From Takakia lepidozioides (Eukaryota > Plantae > Bryophyta), in the NCBI GenBank assembly GCA_030704615.1, contig CM060731.1, forward strand, positions 28,582,001 to 28,646,000: a DNA stretch of 64,000 nucleotides, given 5' to 3'. The notes under the pieces are model-generated. The model did no database searches. It had not been told where the DNA came from and was given only the letters and a program-made list of their open reading frames with translations. Positions 27,778 to 37,848 of the stretch are shown here, piece by piece. Each line of letters starts with the position of its first letter. The stretch's first letter is position 1. A program made the translations under genes and the position numbers.

Positions 27778-28450
27778 GCTTCTCATTTAACAATAATAGG
27801 GTCATGAATGCCCGCACATGTGGTTGCGGCGGGGATTGTGTGTGGTAGAGGGGGTCGCTGAGGGTGGGAGCGCCCCTACCCGGACCCGCCAATCTCCACC
27901 AGTCTCCTGGGTCTGCCTGGGAAGCTGGTCCGCTCGGGCCCACAATATGCACATAAGGCGTTAGATATTGCAAAGTGATGGGTAGTGTGGTGGTTAAGAG
28001 TAAGGAATGATAAACACCAAGGTTTGGAGTTCAATTCTTGTTAGATTATACTCTGGCACTAATGTGTGTTATTAATTATATACTTTGTCGAAGGGTCTGC
28101 CGGTCTGTTGGAGGGTCCAAGCCGGTCTGTCGGAGGGGGGTCTGCTCGGTCTGCTTGGAAAGTCTGCCACTCTGCTGGAGGGGGGTCTGCCCAGTCTGCT
28201 GGAGGGATGTCTGCTCAGTCTGCTGAAGAGATGCCAGTCCGCTCGTCGGTGTCTGCCTGTCCGCTAGAAGGTTGGAGTCGGTCTGTTGGAGGGTCTGCCC
28301 AGTTTGCTAGAAGGTCCGCCACGGTAGATGAACAAGGACTTAGAAAAATTTCAGAGTCTCGCCGACCCGGTGAATGGGCGGTGGGCTTATGAGCTCACCC
28401 CAAGGGTCGTACTGGCGGGGCCCGCCCGTGCATTCATGACCCACTCTATT
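27778..28450. mobile_element. Mutator-like MITE, copy 1 (right TIR degraded)
   Basis: Left TIR gcttctcatttaacaataatagggtcatgaatgc and right gcattcatgaccc. Collinear with 61667-62298. Internal GTCTG-based minisatellite. Confidence 0.8.
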
Positions 28451-28898
28451 GAACATAGCTGAACTTCATCCAAACTATCAGCTATGTTCAATGTGTCACT
28501 AGTATCAGACTAGTATCAGCTATGTGTCACAATTAGGTGTCTATTAGTATCAGACTTTAAAAAATCATATCAATTTCATATCTTAACTATAATTCATGAA
28601 ACAAATTGTATCTTATTTCTTTTTTATTTGCTAATCCACAAAAATTGTTCTCATTTTTTTTTAATCATTCTATCCATGTGAACTAACTAAATTGTCCATT
28701 TAAGGTTCCTCTACCTTAAATATTCTTTGGATATATGTAGGTTTAGAGCTTCAAAATTTGTCCTCTCTTAGGACTGCCCCCAAGAACTAAGGAGGGCACA
28801 ATATAGATATAGATAAATTCCAACTCTTCATAAGAGCAGATGCCCTTACACGCATGTAAACTTGGACAATGAAAACATAAATTGATATGAGTACTTAC

Positions 28899-29056
28899 CT
28901 GTGATCAAATTCTGGACTTCAGGACCAACATCTTCCACAATGCCCATGGATTCATGACCCAAGATGTCCCCACTCTTCTTCCCGGGCATGTATCCATCGT
29001 ACATGTGAAGATCGGAGCCACAAATGCATGTTGTAGTAACTTTGACTAAAACATCT
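28899..29056 (-). pseudogene. Isolated exon of a Zn-dependent medium-chain dehydrogenase (formaldehyde dehydrogenase/YbdR-like)
   Basis: [50 protein letters not shown], then donor cag|gtaagt. No other exon recognised. Confidence 0.8.
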
Positions 29057-29411
29057 AGGGGTATATTACTACTCAATAAATTCATGGAAAAAAATTAATC
29101 GAGCGTCATGGGAGACGTACTTGGATATATACGAGATTGCACCTGGGCTTAGATGACACTGGACAATTAGGCCAACGGCACAAGCTACCCTATAGCTATT
29201 AGATAAGTCTTGAGGGAATAGACATCTTTTGGTAGGAGAGACCTCTCAGTAGGAGACATGCAGTAGATATATATATATTGAGCTTGGGGGAGAGGCTATC
29301 AATCTTTGTAAAGACCTCTATGGTTGGGAAGACAACTCCTTTGTAATAGAGTCATATTCTTTCATCCATGAATCTTTAGAAGTATGTGTATGTTTTCTTG
29401 ACATTGTAATT

Positions 29412-30060
29412 ATGGAGAGACCAAGATACCTCTTCAACTTACAAATGCCACCACCTGATGCATTCACGCATGTCGCTCTTCAATGGGAAGTTGGACACAC
29501 TTTACCGATGTCGGCGGATGTAGGTGCCCCGCACATCATCAACATATTCAAGTGGCATACATCCGATGGGATAGGGTATCAGATTTTCTTGCTGGTGAGG
29601 AAAACCAAAGATGTGACTGCATCATTTGTCGTGAAAACTACGACTATACCTCCTGCGGCTCCGTTGTATCCGACATTCCGTACCTCTTCATGGTCATGCC
29701 GGTATGCTTTTAGAGAGTGTCAATGTAACAAAGTTCATAATAATGATATTTGAGTGTCTATGATAAATATTATTTTCACTATATAGTAATAAATATCATA
29801 CATACTCATGACCATTGTATTATGTGTGCATTATACATGATGCATTGTGCATATGGACTGCAAGATAAACGAACAGAAAATTATGAAGTTCAGGATATGA
29901 CTCAGAGACCTCGACAAGGTCCAGGTAGTCGACTACGAAAAATAGAAAGAGGAGAGAGCATTAAAAGAGGATGTCGTTGCTCATTTGGGATTTTTCATCT
30001 TTACTTACATCCAAATGGAGCATATTTCGAAAAATGTCATGTTGATGTGACAGATGCATT
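29412..30060 (+). mobile_element. Degenerate N-terminal region of a MULE/SWIM-type transposase-like protein
   Basis: IRWDRVSDFLAGEE and ESIKRGCRCSF...HVD resemble plant SWIM-zinc-finger MULE-derived proteins. Frameshifted. Confidence 0.5.
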
Positions 30061-30469
30061 GTTGTTACTAAAGCTTCAGTTCTTTTGAGGTCAGAACGTG
30101 GTTCCTTCGAGTCCCACTGGGCTGTCCCATCCTCCATAAGTGGTTGTATAATTTAAGTCATGGTGAAGCCGTCACAAATCAAGAGGGAAAGTGTATGTCA
30201 AGTTATTTGACCACTAGTGTGAAGTTAGCTAGGAAATAGCTAGCTTTTATATATTGACATTTGGGATTGACCCAAGTGTCACATCCAGGGGCCAATATAT
30301 GTTTGGGCACCTGGCGTGGTTATCTTCACGGCAGATCGCAGTGGGCTCATCTTTCTCGAGTTGAGCCTCACCGCATCTAGCTACGGCGCCGTAGTGTGGA
30401 TTTCCCATGGCGTGGGATGCACTTGGCTCGACTTAATATATGAGTGATGTTTCATGTGCAAGTGTGTGA

Positions 30470-31075
30470 GTTTGAGAGAGCTTGGGAATCAACTAGGTTC
30501 GCCAGCCTTCTACGTTTCCATTGAGAATGAGGACGGCGAAACTCATGGATCCACTGCGAATGAATTGTCAGCATGGGATACCCACTGGCACACTCACAAC
30601 GACGAATTCGAAACAATGCTGAAGGGTGAACCAGACTTCGGCCATATGTCGGGCAAAATATTTTTTGTGTGGGACGGGAATCACCGACTTCTTGCCTAGT
30701 GGGAGTACATCAAGCAGAACCATGCCAAGCATATTGGCTGGCATTACATGGTGGAGTGTGTCATCCTCAAGGTGAAGGCGGCAGACTTCTCCCCGCTCAA
30801 GAATGTCATGACCCTCCCAAGCATATCCAATCAGTTTTGTTTATGTGCTTTAGTGGACTGAACTGGAGAGTGTGCCTTGCAAGGTCATTGAAAATGCTTA
30901 CGTGCATACACACATGGCACATATGTTGTACAAGGTGAGGAAAACTGGTCTCACTAACCCGCACATATTCGCCAAAATGCTGGAGCCCGAGCTCATTCAA
31001 AAAGCCGTGGCAAAAACAGACCGGACATGGTATCGCCTCACTATGGATGGAATGGTGGAGGTGATATATGAAGTA
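30470..31075 (+). pseudogene. Degenerate ORF with a ParB/sulfiredoxin-like DGNHR motif
   Basis: SGKIFFVWDGNHRLLA*WEYI. Followed by a further coding-like piece ending at donor gaa|gtaagt. Confidence 0.45.
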
Positions 31076-32915
31076 AGTCGTCCTCCCATTTTCCTCTGCT
31101 CATCCTTCCCCAATTTCCAGTCACCTTTCCACATGGATCGAATGTAATGCTTCTGCATGTTTTTCTTGGCAGTCAAACATCAAGCTGGATTTGGCCCATG
31201 CCAAACGCTTCTTCATGGAAAGTTCAGCTTCATTTTGTGAGTTTCATGGAGCAAGAGAGTTTGTTGGAGATCCAAGAGCTTGTTTGGTGAGTTGGGGGCG
31301 CCTCTGATGGGCCGTGAGAGCCCAAGTGAGCATGGCAGCAAGTATGGTGGCTTCACAGAAGCCATAGCTCATCGGTAGCAGGTGCAGGAGCAAACCCCAG
31401 CTCGGGGAGAGCTCGAGAATGCATGGGAACGCATGGGAACAGTGGCCATGGCCGTGGTCGTGGCCGTGATGGGCTGTGGGGGCGGTATCACGAGATACCA
31501 CGAGCCCAGGCCGTGACTGTCGACCGTGACTGTTGAGCGTGACCATAAGAAGCCGTGGTGCGGACACCACAGGTGGGCACGGTGACCAGATCATGGGAAT
31601 TGCGGGCCGTGAGGGCTCGTGGGCGTGGTACCACGAGGTATCACGGGGCAGCTCGTGGCCAGTGAGCGCCTAGGGTGGGCCGAGTGCCTATGGCGGGCCG
31701 TGAGGAGTTGTGGCGGTTAGAGCCACGGAAGGCCGCGAACAGGCAGAGTGAAAAAAAAAAAACCGTTTGTAGTACCTTGATGGGGAGGCTGGGCTCCGAA
31801 GAACAACGGTTTTGAGCTAGCTGATCCGGCAGAAAAGTCAGAATTGTCTCCCTGTTGCGTTTTCACAAAGGGGGTTACCTCCCTGCAGGTAATCTTTTGG
31901 GGTTTTCAGTGCAGTCCTTAACTATGGGGAAGACCAGCCTGCAGGTAATTTCTTTGGACAAAATGTTGTTGGGGCCTATATGTACCTCTATTTGCTCCAT
32001 TTTTGAACCTTTAGTGGATGGCGTGGTTTCCTGAGGTGGTTCCATTATGAGGAATGACTGGTGGATATAAGGAGGCACTGGCGGACCCTGTGGAGGCTTT
32101 GCATGGGGCCTTGGAGGCCAAGTTTCATGAGCTCGTGGAGGGCGGTTTGTGGAGTGTCTATAGGATGCTCCCCGTGGTCATGTAAGTGAGAGAAGAGAGG
32201 AAAAAAAAAGGTGTTGGGATGAGAGCGTGCTGGGGATAGGCATTGCTTTAGCTTCCCTTCCTCATAGCTTTCCACCTTCTCTGTAGGCCGAGATCTTTCC
32301 GTAGGTGGTGGCAAGAGTCAGTCCGGGTTTGGGCTGGGGTGTCCTTGTAGGAGCGACACTGTGGAGTTGTTTTTGGTATGGGGGAGTTGTTATTTTCATT
32401 TTTGTGTTTGGATCCCCTCCACACCAACATGCTTGATTATGCGTCATGTCAGCTTTCTGTGGGCGCTTGATTTTATAGGTGGTTGACTCGGGCTTGATCG
32501 CTGATCCAACCATAGAGCATGGTATCGATGGTGAGGCTGGGTTGATGACCAGTCATACCATCTTTGTTTCTCATGTGGTGAGGTTGGAGGTGATGACCAG
32601 CCAACCATAGGAGTGTCTGCGGTGGATGCAGGTGCAGGTGCAGGCTATGTTGGGAACCTAGTATTCCAAACCATAAGCCGCATCGAGTTCTCTACCCGGT
32701 TACCTTGTGGAAATGGGGTTAGGGACATGTTCATGACCGGTTGAGTGTCAATTTGTCAACACGAAGGTGCCACTAGTTGTTGGGGAGACTGCCGGTACGA
32801 GCACTAGCGATACTAGCGGGTACACGAGACGAGGTGTGCGGTTTAGGCCACCTTCACCTCCTGTGTCTTTTACGGAAGGTTCTGATTCGGATTGTGAATC
32901 AAGAGGACTCACACA

Positions 32916-33572
32916 TGTCACGGACATAGCCCAGAAGAACCTACCAGGAGTAAATACCAGAAGTTACCAAGTTACCAAGTTATCATGTTACCAAAAATTA
33001 CCATGACTTACCGTGATTTATCATGATCTACCATGATTTACCATTACTTACCAAATTACCGGGAGTTTACCAAATTATCAAGAGTAACTTGGGAAACTAC
33101 TCAGGAAGCTTCATTTTGAGGAAACTTCTCCATCAAGACACCTCATTTGTTTAAGGAAGCTTCTCCATCAAGAAACCGTTTAATCTTGGAAACTTTTCCA
33201 GCAAAAAACCTCCATAGGAGAAGCTTCTTGGGGAAGCTTCTTAGTAGCCAGTATATATAGGAGGCGAGACTGGACACTCTTCAGTCTCGCCAACACCAGT
33301 TCAAGCTACTCTTGTCTCCAGTTCCCAGTACTCCAGTCCAGTTCCCAGTACTCTAGCCCAGTTTCCAGTATCTGGTACTCCAGTCCAGTTTCCAGCATTC
33401 CAGTATTCAAGTCGTGTTCCAATATCTTGTACTCTTGTTCATTGTTATAAAGATCGTCTTGATTCCTATTTACTCATCGTGCATTCAGCCACGCCGACCT
33501 TGACTTCTTGTCTAGCATTGTACCTCTAGTTTTATCTCTTGTTTGTGTTCAATCATGTTCTCCTCCTTGACA
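32916..33572 (+). repeat. 5' LTR (657 bp) with TATA box at 33252-33259
   Basis: tgtcacggacatagcc...ccttgaca, a direct repeat of 37251-37848. Confidence 0.95.
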
Positions 33573-33574
33573 GT

Positions 33575-33585
33575 TTGGCGAGACT
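33575..33585 (+). promoter_or_regulatory. Non-tRNA primer-binding site complementary to LTR 33283-33293 (self-priming)
   Basis: ttggcgagact is the exact reverse complement of agtctcgccaa, which lies about 24 nt after the TATA box. Confidence 0.8.
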
Positions 33586-36500
33586 AAAGTTTGTTCTTTA
33601 GTTAGTTAAGATGGAAAGCACATTTGCGGAAATGGTCACCACATTGCAGAGTCTTCAGCTCCAGATGTAAGAACTTCGTATATCTACCGCCCAATTGCAA
33701 GCTGATCAGTCTCAAGATCTTGACAACGCTCTCCACAATTTGCAACAACAAATTTCAGAGTTAAAAGAGTCGAACAATGGATCTTCAACCATACGCGTCC
33801 CTGCTGCAACAGCTTCTACTGCAACAGCTCCTACTGCAACAGATTATAAGAGAACCAAAGATCAGCATGCCCGAGAAATTTGATGGGACGAGATCAAGAT
33901 TTCACGGTTTTGTTCAACAAGTACGACTGTTCCTACGACTACATCCACAACGTTACCCCGATGAAGGTATTCAAGTGGGATTCGTGGGCACCCTTCTATC
34001 AGGCACTGCCCTATCTTGGTTTGCACCGCTATTAGAAAAAAATTCACATTTACTATATAATTTTAAAGCATTCATGTCCGAGTTCACTGCAACGTTTGAT
34101 AGAGAGAGAGTTGCAGAAACAAAGATGCGAAATCTTCGACAAGGAGCACGTCCTGCTTCCGTTTATGCTGCCGAATTTCGACAACTTGCGTGCGACCTCG
34201 ACTGGAATGAGAAGAGCCTCATTAGTCAGTTTCGACGTGAACTAAAAGATGATGTAAAAGATTTATTGCTGACAATGCCAAACGTGAGCGCACTGAATGA
34301 ATTCATCACCCAAGTCATTGCATGCGATAATCGTTTGTTCGAAAGACGTCAAGAGAAGCGATCTGGATGGTCGACGATGCATCATGTCACTGCTACTACG
34401 ACACCAAATACAACGATCCATCAGACATCCAGTAGTGATCCTATGCAGATTGATGTTGTCCGATTCAAACCATTGACGCCACAAGAAAAACAAAGATGAC
34501 GCTCGAATGGATTATGCCTCTATTGCGGAGAAGAAGATCACATAGCATTAAACTGCCCCAACAAGAGAAGATTCAAAGCTCAGGGCACAACTCAAGTGTT
34601 CGATACGAGGAGGTCCGAAAACGACGATGTCCAGTCAGAGTAGGGACCATGTGACTGGACACCACAAATTCCTTACCGAAAAAATGTCTCTTTCTACCTC
34701 CAGACCCTGCACCTTGCTTCACAGTTCCGGTAAAAATCAGAGTGCAAAATCGAGATATCGTTGTAGAAGCACTTTTGGACTCATGAGCTTCAGCTTGTTT
34801 TATGGACAAAAACTTTGCGAAGCAACACAATTTAACGCTCGTAAGGAAGAAACTTTCGGCCCCCGTTGAAGTCATCGATGGACGACCGTTAGCATCAGGA
34901 AATGTGAACCATGAAACTCGACCACTTGAAGTGAAGCTTAAAGATCAAGCATCACATATTGTTTTCAATGTCATCCAGTCTCCAATGAATCCTGTGATCC
35001 TTGGACTTTCCTGGTTCGTACTTCACAATCCTGACATTGACTGGCGATCGCGAAAAATTTCTTCAAGACAAAAATGTAGAAATATCAAAGGTATTCAACC
35101 CCTATTTCTTGGAGCTAGAGCTTTCATGAGAGCTACCAAAAAGGAAGCGGCATTTGCACTTTATGCGACTCCGATTAAGACCACAATAGACAAAGGTACT
35201 TCAACATTACTCGCTCAATATCAAGATTTCAAAGATGTCTTCGAGAAGAAAAATGCAGACATGTTGCCAGAACATCGACCTTATGACTGTGCAATTGAGT
35301 TACAAGAAAGAGCCCAACCACCATTCGGCCCAATCTATAACTTATCCCAGACGGAGTTGGCTGCGTTACGTGAATACATTGATGAAAATTTGTCGAAGCA
35401 CTTCATCCGACATTCAAAATCACCCACGGGGGCACCTATCTTGTTTGTAAAAAAGAAGGACGGATCATTACGTATGTGTATCGACTATCGCGGTCTCGAC
35501 AAAGTCACAATCAAGAATCGTTATCTGTTGACGCTGATTTCTGGGCTTCTCGACCAGCTGGGGAGCGAAGATTTTCACCAAAATCAACTTGAGAGGAGCC
35601 TATAACCTTGTACGGATAAAAGAAGGAGATGAATGTAAAACAACTTTTCGAACAAGGTATGGACATTTTGAATACAGTGTTATGCCTTTCGGTCTTACCA
35701 ATGCTCCAGCAATTTTCCAACATATGATGAATGACATCTTTCGAGAATTTTTAGATGACTTTGTAGTCATCTATTTGGACGACATTTTGATATTTTCACA
35801 GAATGAAGAAGAACATGGCCGCCATGTACGCCTTGTCCTTAATAAATTAAGAGAAAGATGACTATATGTTAAGTTGGAGAAATGTCTTTTCCATCAATCT
35901 GAGGTCGAATTTCTGGGCTACATTATTTCCGACAAATGCGTCTTTATGGATCAGAAGAAAATATAAACCATCATCGAGTGGATTAAACCAACTTCGGTTC
36001 GAGATGTACAATGCTAGACAAGAAGTCAAGGTCGGCGTGGCCGAATGCATGATGCAAATTTCTATAGAATCTTCATCAATGACTACTCCAAAATTGCTGC
36101 ACCATTGACACGATTCACAAGGAGCTTACATTCCACCTCGCAGAAGCTCAAAAACGATACAAGGAGTATGCAGATCAACGTCGCCAACTCCAACCCCAGT
36201 TCAAGATCGGAGATCGTGTGTGGCTTCTTCGACGAGACATACAAACCTCGTGATCATCAAGGAAGTTGGATTATCAACGCCTGGGACCATTTAAAATTAT
36301 TCGACAAATAAATCCGGTCAGTTTTCGGCTTGAACTCCCACGAAGTATGCGCATCCATCCAGTCTTTCATGTTTCATTATTGGAGTTGTATCATCCATCG
36401 AATATTCCAGGGAGAGTCTCCGTACCACCTCCACCAGTCGAAGTCAATCAAGAACTTGAGTATGAAGTGGACGAAGTCTTAGACTCTCGCATCAAGTATA

Positions 36501-37250
36501 AACGTCTTGAGTATTTCGTACATTGGAAAGGCTACGACATCAGCGAACGAACGTGAGAACTTTCATCCAACCTCGCCAATGCATCTGACAAAGTCCAAGA
36601 GTTTCATCAATGATATCCAGCTAAGCCCCGAGCTACACGTCAATAAAACATCACAACGATGATGTCAGCCAAGTTAGCTTCAAGGTGAAGACTCCACATT
36701 CAATGTACCTGACACACGCTAAGGAGGGAGGAGCACCACACATCAGTATATATAGCTACACTTCCAGTACTCTTGCATCTTGTATTGGCAGTATGGAGTC
36801 ACAGGAACTAGATACATTGGAGTTGTCGCTTACCCAGCTACCAGATCAGCCATTTCAACTCTCATGACCTTCAACATTACGCCGACGCTCTCGAGACGAT
36901 GGGCCACCAATGCGACGTGTACTTCCTCGTCTGAACCCCGTACGACGGCAAGTGGAGCCTACTCGAAATTCGATAATTCTGTTGGAGGTTGAGGCTTCGA
37001 ACTCAGAGGGCAACGAAATCATGTTTGAAGGCAGCTTCGAAAATCAGAATGCTCAAATCACTGCGTGGTCCCAAGTTCAAGGTGTTGGACATTATCGATG
37101 GTTGCAGGGACTTATAAATCATTTGAGTCAAGAACGAAGAGCCGAATACTTGGCAAGTACCATTTGCCGGATTTTGGATTTTCTCCAACTCTAAGCAAGT
37201 CCAAGATTTTACCGCTCCTCGAGGAACGCGGCGCTAGAGGAGGGGGGTGA

Positions 37251-37848
37251 TGTCACGGACATAGCCCAAAATAAATTACCAGGAGTAAATACCAGAAGTT
37301 ATCAAGTTACCATGTTATCGAAAGTTATCATGACTTACCGTGATTTATCATGATCTACCATGATTTACCATTACTTACCAAATTACCAAGAGTAACTTGG
37401 GAAACTACTCAGGAAGCTTTCTTTGGAGGAAACTTCTCCATCAAGATACCTCATTTGTTTAAGGAAGCTTCTCCATCAAGAAACCTTTGTTTAATCTTGG
37501 AAACTTTTCCAGCAAAAAACCTCCATAGGAGAAGCTTCTTGGGGAAGCTTCTTAGTAGCCAGTATATATAGGAGGCGAGACTGGACACTCTTCAGTCTCG
37601 CCAACACCAGTTCAAGCTACTTTTGTTTCCAGTTCCCAGTACTCTAGCCCAGTTTCCAGTATCTGGTACTCCAGTCCAGTTTCCAGCATTCCAGTATTCA
37701 AGTCGTATTCCAATATCTTGTTATAAAGATCGTCTTGATTCCTATTTACTCATCGTGCATTCGGCCACGCCGACCTTGACTTCTTGTCTAGCATTGTACC
37801 TCTAGTTTTATCTCTTGTTTGTGTTCAATCATGTTTTCGTCCTTGACA
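37251..37848 (+). repeat. 3' LTR (598 bp)
   Basis: Direct repeat of the 5' LTR with several indels, preceded by the PPT. Confidence 0.95.

Larger units (their letters stand above)
32916..37848 (+). mobile_element. Two-LTR Ty3/gypsy chromovirus (Tcn1/sushi-like), internally deleted and non-autonomous
   Basis: TG...CA LTRs; TSD acaca/acacc; PPT agaggaggggggtga at 37236-37250. Gag EPKISMPEKFDG with CLYCGEEDHIALNC; protease LLDS*AS; [12 protein letters not shown] and YLDD; GPF and chromodomain EYEVDEVL...YFVHWKGY. RNase H and the integrase core are missing. Confidence 0.96.

Noticed and set aside
28066-28392. Gly/Ser- or Cys-rich ORFs here and at 61917-62210
   Set aside because: By-products of the MITE minisatellite.
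31765-32430. 5' LTR of the outer gag element
   Set aside because: Plausible by position, but there is no partner LTR or clear PBS in the window.
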